The notes under the pieces: model-generated | What the model saw: only the letters and a program-made list of their open reading frames with translations | The model's database searches: none | Told to the model about the DNA's origin: nothing | Translations under genes and position numbers: made by a program | Shown: positions 34,620 through 43,841 of the stretch, one piece after another | Numbering within the stretch: the first letter of the stretch is position 1 | Layout of the letters: each line of letters opens with the position of its first letter | From: Folioceros fuciformis | Taxonomy: Eukaryota | DNA length: 43,841 bases | Direction of reading: 5' to 3' | NCBI GenBank assembly: GCA_049999805.1 | Contig: JBNGIO010006320.1 | Coordinates: 1 to 43,841, forward strand

Positions 34620-36143
34620 AGTCCGCAGAAGGATATTTTGGTTGTCTGGCTGTCTTTAGTGATAGTAGACCTTGCAGAGCTTTTAGCCATGTCCATGGGG
34701 TAATCCATCTGAATTTCTGCCCTGCCAAGTGAAAAACATTTCGGGAGTCCTGATTTCATAAACATTGCAGTCTCTGGGTCTAAGTAGGTTTTTGCCATTT
34801 GCTCATTGTTGGTCTGCACAGCTACAGAAGGGTGGATGGGAGATGGAGAAGCGGCCAGTTCCAGTTCCTTGCCTCAGGCTATAGAAAACAGTGGTTTGTC
34901 CTCCTTTGGAGTTGATGTTCCACCTTCTTCACTGGGTCTGCTGCAATCACTGAAGCTTCTAGTAGCTAAATCGCGGGAGGGCACAGGAGCTGAAGGATCT
35001 GGTGAAACGTCGTCAACTGTCCACCAAGAAAGCACAGGACTCGACTTTTTGAAACAATTGCAATTTTGATGTTGAAATGCTGTAATATATGACTGGCTGG
35101 GCTTTTTGGATTAACTGTCACTGGATTCACTTATTACAGCAAAGCTTGGGCAGCTACTTTAGCATAGCTAAGATCTGTACTATATATGTTAGTCCTCCCT
35201 GAACAGTTTCACATGTACAGCGTCTAACCACTAGCTAGTGGTAGAGCAGTCTGTTTGGATTCGGCTTGGCACGTTGGAACTTGCAGAGATGTGAAGGTGT
35301 TTCCAGGACCTTCTAATACACAACCTAAAGCACTTTGGTTGATTGACTCCCTAATAAAGACACAAAATTCCTCTTTCGGATTTGTCATGAGATATGACTT
35401 GTAGATGATTGTGGTCAAGGTTGCATTTTGATCTCAAATCTCTAATGATGTGGGGATGATGCTATGGTAATCAGCTTTACAGATATCTGAAGACTCATCA
35501 GTAGAGCATTAGACGTCAAATTCGTGCTTGCACAAGGCAAGTCTGTTCTTGCCAAGCCATGCTGTAGCCAGTTAGGTGGTCGTGAAGATGAGGAGACTGG
35601 CTTGGTCGCCTGGTACTAACGGCTGCAAGGCTGCCGCAACAAAAGTTGTGTGGAGTGGTTAGTATATCTGGCTCTGAGGATCATATTCCAGCGGGGGCTG
35701 CACGACGTCCCGCTGTGAATCCAGAGTAATACGAACAATCTCAGCTTTGACGATAGAAGACGGCAGAAGACATGGCTGGGAGGAGAGAAAAACGGAACTT
35801 TTCTAAAGAATTGGCCAAATGTCCTCCACATCTCCCAGAGGATCATAAATTTTGCTGCGAGGACAAGTTCAGTCCGCGGAAGCAGCCGTTCATAGCCTGA
35901 GGGGGGCAATAACTACGTCCCAAGAGTAGTTTATCGGCAATCAACAAAAATGCCCAGGCATTTCACCTCGTTCACCCGGAAGCACCATATGATGTTTTCT
36001 AAATGGCAAATTCACCTGAAAACGAACAATGTCCGGGTTGTTAAACGACGTAAATACGCATAGCGCTTTGCCTTGTTGCTGGTGGTAAGCCTCCAGCAGA
36101 CTTCGGCCACCTAAATCCCATGCAGACTGTAAACCAGGGCGTA

Positions 36144-37427
36144 TCACTTGTACCAGCCTGTAAGAATGTATCTAACAAGGAAGCCCAGAGCACAGCAAAA
36201 AACCTGGAAGCTGAGCAATCTGAGGCACAGCTGTTGCTCAGTGCAGGGACCAAACCACCTGAGGAAAAGATTAACAAGATTCAGATCCTTGGTGCCAGTG
36301 AGAAGTCCTGTGTTGGGGTCAAAAATGGGCAGTCGATGCCGGGGACAGGGGATGATCTTGAAGAGCTGGGGGACAGAGTAGAGAAAGTTGAGTGTCTGAG
36401 GTACAAAAAAGAGCAGCAAAGTCTCGCTGAAGTGACCTAAAATTCCCACCACGGCTAGCGCCATTCCCGCAAAGTAGGTGAATGAGTCACCGACAAAAAC
36501 CGAGGAGGGGTACCAGTTGAAGGCAAGCAATCCTAGACAGGATCCCAACAGGGGCTGCATGAAGTAGATGGAAAAAGCATGCGCTTGCTGCTTTTCTGCG
36601 AATTCCTGTGACAAAGATTCCACGCCAGAGCCTACAACTCCCTGCACTTGCAAGATATTGTGCACCAGGATGGCCATTGCAATCACCACTGTCTGGCCTA
36701 CCTCCAGCCCGTTCACCCCGGCGTGAATGTTGATGGAATTGCTGCAGAATACCGTGAGCAAGCCCATGTAAAGCTTGTATATCCATCCCAGGTCCAACAG
36801 GTCATGGCCTACAAGGCCTCGCAACGGTTTCGGGATCAGAATGCTGGTGTGCCCGGAATAAGCCATCAAGAGCGGCAGCGCCGCAGCAGACGGCAGCAAC
36901 AACTTCACACGCCACGGCAAGTCCACCACGTCGTCCACAAACCCTAGCAGCAGCATGAAGATTATGCACCCCATTGCAGCAAGGTACTCCACCAGCCATT
37001 CCGAGTCCGGCGGGAAGTAAAAATACAGGAACAGGAAAAGCGCTACGCAGAACGTAATGCCCGACACTGCACCCATGGATTCCGGGATCTTCACATTGCC
37101 CCCAACAGAGCCCCTCTTGTTGATGTCAAACCCGCAAATATCTTTCCTCAGCACGTACGGCGCACAGACAGGAATCAAGAGCACAGTCAGACCGAAGGCT
37201 GCGACGCTCATTCCCAGGCTGATCCATATCAGTCTCTTCAACTCGCTATCCAACTCGATGACCACCAGGAGCACACCGTAGAGCAGGAGGAAGAATGCGG
37301 ACAACAGCATCACCTTGGGCTTCCAGGAGATACTCTGGGGACCAACCAACTCATCTCCAACGTGTTTAAGCTCATTCACACTCCCCTTATTGCCTTCCTG
37401 CTTCACGCGTTTTCTGACGCCACCCAT
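36144..37427 (-). CDS. GPT: UDP-GlcNAc:dolichyl-phosphate GlcNAc-1-phosphotransferase (DPAGT1/ALG7), single-exon CDS
   Basis: GFDINK, IPESMG, LLGFVDDVVDLPWRVKL, VFCSNSINIHAGVNGLEVGQ, NWYPSSVFVGDSFTYFAGM, GHFSETLLLFF, PCPRHRLP; multiple hydrophobic segments; first ATG at 37427. Confidence 0.96.
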   Translation of the reverse strand: MGGVRKRVKQEGNKGSVNELKHVGDELVGPQSISWKPKVMLLSAFFLLLYGVLLVVIELDSELKRLIWISLGMSVAAFGLTVLLIPVCAPYVLRKDICGFDINKRGSVGGNVKIPESMGAVSGITFCVALFLFLYFYFPPDSEWLVEYLAAMGCIIFMLLLGFVDDVVDLPWRVKLLLPSAAALPLLMAYSGHTSILIPKPLRGLVGHDLLDLGWIYKLYMGLLTVFCSNSINIHAGVNGLEVGQTVVIAMAILVHNILQVQGVVGSGVESLSQEFAEKQQAHAFSIYFMQPLLGSCLGLLAFNWYPSSVFVGDSFTYFAGMALAVVGILGHFSETLLLFFVPQTLNFLYSVPQLFKIIPCPRHRLPIFDPNTGLLTGTKDLNLVNLFLRWFGPCTEQQLCLRLLSFQVFCCALGFLVRYILTGWYK

Positions 37428-38034
37428 CTTCCCCACACTGTCTCCCGCCTGTCCCTTTGCTCACCTTCTCGTCACCTGCCTCCACGGCCTCCTGAACCCG
37501 GTCCGGGTCGCTTCACAGCCTCAGCAAACACAAGCCTGAGGAATCCCCCAATTCTCCTGCAAGTGGATCATGGCATTACCAAGCTCCCACAATGCGGCAC
37601 ACAAGCATGAGGCAGCTCCCAAATCTCTCCGATTGGATCGTCCCTTTTCCAAGCTCCACACCTAGCAGGCAGCCCAGTCAAGTTGATCCTTATTAAGGAA
37701 AGACCAGACTTCCTTCCGGTAGCCACTTTCCTCGGTTTTTCTTCAAATTGCGGGTCTTCCAGGTTTTCGTGGAAGAATATTATAAATAAATTATTAATAA
37801 AATTCAAACACGAATAGGTGAGTGAATGTTTTTTTGGCATGCAGGGAAATAACTATACATGGTTCCTTTTGTGGAGCCACTATTATGAGTACGAGCACGA
37901 TTTAAGTGGATTAGCTAGTTTGCAACTCTACCGTTGACTTCACTTGACAACAAGTCTTCTCCCAAATTCTATATTTTTAGTTTTTATTCTGACGGCAACT
38001 ACGAGCTCTTAATCTCTCAATCTACACAAGCTTT

Positions 38035-38085
38035 GGATGCTAACCCACTTCCAATTGGATGCTAACCCACTTCCAAATGCTAACG
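38035..38085. repeat. 22-bp direct repeat, ~2.3 copies
   Basis: TGGATGCTAACCCACTTCCAA(T) twice, then a partial ATGCTAAC. Confidence 0.85.
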
Positions 38086-38142
38086 GTTTGCCTCCTTCTT
38101 GATTCCGAGGGGAAGGAATCGTCGCTGTATGGGTGATGATGA

Positions 38143-38295
38143 AGGCTCCATGCAAGGTTACTAGCCCGTCAAAGAACGCAGGTAAGTTGCTTGCCTACCA
38201 AGAAGGCAAGAGGCTCCATGCAAGGTTACTAGCCCATCAAAGAAAGCAGGTAAGTTGCTTGCCTACCAAGAAAGCAAGAGGCTCCATGCAAGGTA
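38143..38295. repeat. 68-bp tandem repeat, ~2.2 copies
   Basis: AGGCTCCATGCAAGGTTACTAGCCC...CAGGTAAGTTGCTTGCCTACCAAGAA at 38143 and 38211, partial at 38279. Confidence 0.92.
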
Positions 38296-38683
38296 GGAAG
38301 GCTGCTATCTTGGCAAGAAGACTCCCTTCAGAAAAGTAGCATGTCTGGTTTCAATGGCCTAATGGGCCTGATGAAAGTGTGCACCGATAAGGAGACATAA
38401 GCACACACAGCTCTTGCCACTCAAACATATAGCATGTTCTCCACTTGTGCTTGTGGTGTGGCAAGTTAATTGGTAGGTAGTGGAATTTGGTGGTACATTG
38501 CAGGTCAAGGATGTGTACATGTGGCAATAGCTTGTAAGTACACATGTTTTTATGTATGCTCTCATATTTGGTTGTTTCAACTTCATGGAACAATTTTCGT
38601 AGTAATTTTCATAGCAATTTCAAATAAATAATTTCCAGAGAAATTGAAGTAATCACATATCGAAGTTTCTAAACGTATGCCTA

Positions 38684-39060
38684 TATGCCACAAACAACTT
38701 TGCTACTACAAAACCTCAAACATATTTGGTCCCTTTGTTTTTCCACTACTCATACAACTTATTCTGTTTCATCATTGCTATGTTTGTATGCCACAAACAA
38801 CTTTGCTACTACAAAACCTCAAACATCTCTAGTCCCTTTGTTTTTCCAATACTCAAACACTCAAACAACTTATTTTGTTTCAACTTATTTTGTTTCATCA
38901 ATGTTATGTCTGTGTGCCACCAACAAACAACTTATTTTGTTTCATCAATGCTATGTCTGTGTGCCACCAACAACTTTGCTACTACAAAACCTCAAATATC
39001 TCTAGTTCCTTTGTTTTTCCAATACTCAAACAACTTATTTCGTTTCATCACTGCTATGTT
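38684..39060. repeat. Complex ~100-bp tandem array (3 main units plus sub-repeats)
   Basis: AAACAACTTTGCTACTACAAAACCTCAAA and CCTTTGTTTTTCCA three times each, interleaved with repeated ACAACTTATT(T/C)TGTTTCATCA. Confidence 0.9.
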
Positions 39061-40220
39061 GTGCATCTGAGGAAGAGCTTCCCAAATATGATTACACTCA
39101 GTTTCATGTAGTGAAAATGGGTCTTCATCATATTGTTGTGCTTCTCACTCTCCAACCTGTGTACAAAAATTATAAAGTGTGTAATAAGCAATGATGACTT
39201 ATGGAGCATACTTCAAATGAACATTAAGATTCTTCAGAATACGTTACTTACTTTTCAACAAGGCAAAGGCATTCTCCACTTTCACTCTGCCCCTTCTCAA
39301 GGATCGATTGAAATGTTTTTTAGTCTGATCTTCACTTGTTGTATGAAATGGTTTCATGGGGAAAGGCATTAGTAGGTAAGCACTATCACTTAAGATATAT
39401 GGAGTCATTTCAACAGCCTCAATATGTAGAATAGGGTCTCTTAAAATAACACCTATCTTCATCTTCTCCCATATGCTACTAAACCCTAAAAATTGTAGCA
39501 TTATGGACTCCACCAGGATGAGTGCAACATACATCGATGAATTTTTTGTCAGCATTACATACGCCTTGTAGTACAACATAGTGGATGTCAAGACGACACC
39601 AATATGCAATTGGGTTATCTATCTTATTAGGTTGTGTAGTTAGTTTGATGTGAGAACCATCTATAGCTCCAATCTATTAGGTTGTGTAGTTAGCTTGATG
39701 TGAGAACCATCTATAGCTCCAACTTATTAGGTTGTGCAGTTAGCTTAATATGAGAACCATCTATAGCTCCAACCATATTGGGTAAATCTGTAATTGCTTG
39801 AACTTTGAGGTTGTTAGCTCTAGTTCCATCCCTGTAGGCCAATGAACCAATCTGGAAAATAACTTTTCCTCATTGCTTAATATCTATGAAATCCTAATGG
39901 TGTATTGCGCCACAATCAAAGCTCCTACGCCATACATATCTGCAACAATATGAGGTAGCAACCCCCTAGCAAGCCGATGGAGCACCATAGTTACTACATG
40001 GTGGAGTTGAAGAGGTGCCCTAATCGATGTGCGAGGTATGTAGGGTTATAGCATATTAGCTAAGACCACAAAGTTAGGATATGACATTCTATAAGCAAAT
40101 TGCCATCGAGCATCCTGCACCTTAACTCCATTACTATGCCATGCTCGCATGTGAATATCTCTCCATAACGTGATTCTCTCTTCTGCTTCTTGGATCATAA
40201 TTCTTCCAAAACTCCATTAT
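39057..40220 (-). mobile_element. PIF/Harbinger DDE transposase pseudogene
   Basis: Fragmented frame: WQFAYRMSYPNF, VTMVLHRLARG, ADMYGVG, LPNMVGAIDGSHI, LQGVCNADKKFIDVCCTHPGGVHNA, YILSDSAY, HFNRSLRRGRVKVENAFALLK; contains stops and frameshifts. Confidence 0.9.
39623..39772. repeat. 50-bp tandem triplication inside the Harbinger transposase
   Basis: TATTAGGTTGTG(T/C)AGTTAG...TGAGAACCATCTATAGCTCCAA, with GTTGTG at 39631, 39681 and 39731. Confidence 0.95.
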
Positions 40221-40825
40221 GACAAATAAGAAAACTACAATGAAAATAAAAGTTGACGACAAGTCATTTTCAAATGGAAGAGGTGTTTGACAATCCGAAG
40301 ACCATAACAACATGGTTAAAAAAGTATATAATAATCAATCCATTAATAGATAAAAATATACAAAAACTCAAAAATCCTATTCAGAAGATAAAGACACATC
40401 ACGCAAAAGACACAACACAAGAGAAACACAAATCACACCAAGCAGAAAATGATTGTCGTGCCATAGGACAAGAGAACTACAGTCAGCCCTCTGTAAATGT
40501 GACCTCCCTAAATGTTACACCTGTATAAATGTTAGAGGTTTGGGTACTCCCTAATTGGGCCCTCTGTAAATGTGACCTCACTAAATGTTTTACCTCTATA
40601 AATGTTAGAGGTTTGGGTACTCCCTAGTTGGGGAGTAAGGCTAAATGTTATATATTACTAGTTTTATGAAAATAGGTACTCCCAACCACTATAGTCCAAT
40701 TCTATAAATGTTATTTTTAATTTATATATAAAAATAAAATTATATATATATTATGTTTAAAACAGCATGGTAACATAGATATCTAACATATCCAATCATA
40801 ATGCGGGACTTGGATGGGCCCAAAG

Positions 40826-41220
40826 CAAGGGTGGAAGGAGAGAGCAAGGAGCATGGAAGCAAGGGAGGAAGGAGAGAGCAAGGAGCAAGAGGAAGCAAAG
40901 GAGGACGGAGAGAGCAAGAAGCAAGAAGAAACAAGAAGGAAGAAGAGAGCAAGAAGCAAGAGGAAGCAAGGGAGGAAGGAGAGAGTAAGAAGCAAGAGGA
41001 GGAAGGAGAGAGCAAGAAGCAAGAGGAGGAAGGAGAGAGCAAGAAGCAAGGGAGGAGGAAGGAGAGAGCAAGAAGCAAGGGAGGAAGGAGAGAGGAAGGA
41101 GCAAGAGGGAGAAGGCAAGAGAAAAAGGACCAAGAGAATAGGAGGGAGGGAGCACGTGAGAACGGGTGGAGCGAACGGGAGGGAGGGAGCACGTGAGAAT
41201 GGGTGGAGCAAACGGAGCAA
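40826..41220. repeat. Purine-rich degenerate ~24-bp array plus a ~37-bp duplication
   Basis: Unit GAGGAAGGAGAGAGCAAGAAGCAA repeated with variation; GGAGGGAGGGAGCACGTGAGAA(C/T)GGGTGGAGC twice at ~41141-41215. Confidence 0.9.
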
Positions 41221-41736
41221 GCACTGCATAGTGCAGTAAGTACGTAGGGCTCATAGTACCGGTCGCCCCACCCAAAAGGGCCACGTATTCATGTATATAG
41301 GAGTGTATGAAGTAAAAAATTATTTTTCTTGTATTTTCTTTTTAACTTGGTTTAGTATTTATTATTTTATAATGGTCTTAAGCCCCAGAAATCTTATAAT
41401 TATCTATCTTCGCAATTTTTTTTACATATGGCTTGGGAAGAAGCATGTTACCACACTCAAATTATAATAGGTTTTGGTAACTCTTGTATTTATTGTTGAA
41501 GGCTTTTGATCTAACATGTGTTCTCCATCCAAGTACATTCTGCCTCCATCTAGGTATGTTCTGCCTGTTAACGTTAAATGTAGTAGGACATCATCACACA
41601 AAATATGCTTCTAAAATCACATATTTGGAGGTATGTTTTTATATTAGATTTGGTATACTTTGTATTTCAATATTTTTAGTACTTAATTATTAAATTGTAT
41701 CTTTACAACTTTTGCTTTTCTTAGGGTGAATTTAAT

Positions 41737-43615
41737 ATGCCGCGAGAACCAAGTAGAAATAAGAAATTCTCTTTGATGATGGGGCAAAAGAAAGAAATAA
41801 TATTATGTAAAGATGTTCATAGTGGAGCTACTAATCGAGAGGTTAGTGCTTGGGCTTCTCATCAATTCAGCATGTCAGTTTCTCCTATGACCATAGATCG
41901 AATTTTCAAGAAGGGAGATGAGTTTGGAAACGTAAAGGATCATGAAGCTAATTCTTAACGGAGTAAGGATACATTTCATTCCAAGGTTGAGGAGGTTTTG
42001 TTTTCATGGTTTCTGACAATGGAAGTAAAAGTCACAATATCTGACGATATGTTGTGTGAAATGGGAAAACAGTTCTTTGATAGATTACCAGAAGCAGAAA
42101 GGTTGAAAAACCTACTAACATTTTCTCATGGTTGGGTGACAAAGTTTAAACATCAACATGGTATCAAAGGTTTTGTGAAGCATGGAGAAGCTGCAAGTGC
42201 TGATACATTGCAGGTGGTCCAAGGTAGAATGGAAGACATTAAAAGTATCATGCGAGGATACGAGCCTCAAGATATTTTTAACATGGATGAAACATGGTTG
42301 TTCTATAGATTGGAACTGAATAAACCATTGGCAGCGAAGAGGCTGAGTGGGAAGAAAACTTCAAAGGAAAGGCTAACTATTGCTTTGACAACCTATATGG
42401 ATGGTAGTTATAAATTACTACCCGTTGCGATCAACAAATTCTTGAGGCCCAGAGCTTTTACTAGTCGCAACATTGGACGAGTGGAGAATTTAGGTGTTCA
42501 TTGGTCAGCAAACTCAAATGCTTGGATGTGGGTGCCTTTATTTGAGCAATTTATTCTCTTTTTTGATGCGAATATGAGAGTTAGGGGCCTTATTAAATTA
42601 GTCTTGCTTCTTTTGGATAATGCTTCTGTTCATAAACTATTAGCTAACATACAAAGTAGGCTTAAAATTACAAGGGTTGAATTTTTTTCCTCTTAATGTT
42701 ACAGCTCATTACCAACCCATGAATGTAAGCATTATACAGTCTTTTAAGGCTAATTACAGGAAAAGGCTTGTTCAACATTAAATCCAAGATATTCAAAATG
42801 GTAATTCTCCTCTTATTGATGTATATCATGCTGTGACTATGTTGGAAAAAGCTTGGCGTATTGATGTTAAAGAGAAAATCATTAAAAGTTATTGGAAACA
42901 CTTTGGGTTATGGAAGGAGAGAGCAAGTGCTAGCGTGTAGGCCTAATATAGACTTGAATCAACTTAGTTTTGAGGCATGGAATGCTAATAGTGATGATGA
43001 GCAACAGCAAGACAACCAAGCAACACGTGAAGATTTGTTCAATAGAGATTACGCAGAAATAAAAATTTTGCTTTGTCAGTTGAGGGATTTGGGACTTGAA
43101 ACAACAAGATTGACCCCTACTATGTTTGCACAAGAATTTGTTGATCATGAGGTGACAAATGCATGTGCTTTCTTTTCTACTCCGGATGCAGATGATTTAT
43201 GGGCTTGCGTTCAACCTCCACTCGAAAATGAAGTTGTCGATGTTGAAAATTCTTTTGAAGAATATTATCAAGAAAGACCTATTTTAGGTCTGTACAAGAA
43301 TTTGTTGATCATGAGGTGACAAATGCATGTGCTATCTTTTCTACTCTGGATACAGATGATGTATGGGCTTCCATTTAACCTCTACTCGAAAATGAAGTTG
43401 TTAATGTTGAAAATTCTTCTGAAGAATATTATCAAGAAAGAACTATTTTAGGTCGTGCTCAAGTGGAAGATGCACTTGGGATAATATGCATGTTTTTGGA
43501 GCAACAACCAACTGATATGATGTCTACAATTAGGAATTTACGACAAATTGAGAAAGAAGTTTTAAAGCAAGTTAAGTCCTCTTTGAAACAAGTAGAAATA
43601 ACCCGTTTTTTTTAA
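41737..43615 (+). pseudogene. pogo/Tigger (CENP-B HTH + DDE_1) transposase pseudogene
   Basis: HTH region (VEEVLFSWF, FSHGWVTKFK), IFNMDET, KERLT, NSNAWM, LLLLDNASVH, QPMN (third Asp lost), IIQSFKANYR. Stop at 41956-41958, frameshift near 42690, 164-bp internal duplication (43131/43295); ends QVEITRFF*. Confidence 0.93.
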
Positions 43616-43841
43616 GCCATTTTGAAGTTCATTTCTTATTTTATTCATTATAAATTTATATTATTATTAAGTATATAATATTTATATTATATACTTAATA
43701 AAATATAAATTGATACAAATAATAATATATAATATATTTCATAGTTAAAATATTTTTAATAAATTTAAGGGTTTAGGGTTGATAAATACTTAAATTTTCT
43801 AATTGTTACACCTCCTTAAATGTTACCCAATGCCCTACTTC

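Larger units (their letters stand above)
40480..43841 (+). mobile_element. pogo/Tigger-type Tc1/mariner DNA transposon (left end visible; right end probably beyond the window)
   Basis: TA at 40478-40479 followed by CAGTCAGCCCTCTGTAAATG, resembling pogo/Tigger TIR starts; 73-bp subterminal duplication (40487, 40560); repeated TAAATGT motifs that reappear at 43804-43827; internal transposase remnant. Confidence 0.8.

Noticed and set aside
38685..39111. ORFs of 78-114 aa
   Set aside because: They lie in the ~100-bp tandem array and give repetitive translations with no family signal.
40740..41284. Five overlapping 131-162 aa ORFs on both strands
   Set aside because: Artefact of a nearly T-free purine repeat; the translations are low-complexity.

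Overview
Eukaryotic nuclear DNA from a gene-dense streptophyte genome. Short (mostly ~80-140 bp) spliceosomal introns, plant-type genes and a plastid-targeted release factor suggest a non-seed plant such as a hornwort (inference). A ~34.5 kb gene island (3.1-37.5 kb) holds nine protein-coding genes: a TPR-RING-LON (LONRF-type) E3 ligase, PRP31, an At3g58050/NST1-like protein, intronless UBP24/USP10, plastid RF1 (APG3-like), a DUF538 protein, a PAP15/23-type purple acid phosphatase, an unrecognised ~700+ aa protein with ECTF(K/R)P repeats, and intronless DPAGT1/GPT. Decayed transposon DNA flanks the island. On the left are a Ty3/gypsy RT fragment and a stop-riddled coiled-coil frame. On the right are tandem arrays, a PIF/Harbinger transposase pseudogene with a triplicated catalytic motif, and a pogo/Tigger element whose TA site, left end, pseudo-transposase and PIP box are visible. 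Two 100-N gaps lie at 1279-1378 and 6715-6814. I found no rRNA, tRNA or CRISPR features and no convincing new multi-gene system; the best lead is the unrecognised repeat protein. Exon boundaries were traced by hand, and family assignments rest on recalled motifs, not database searches.
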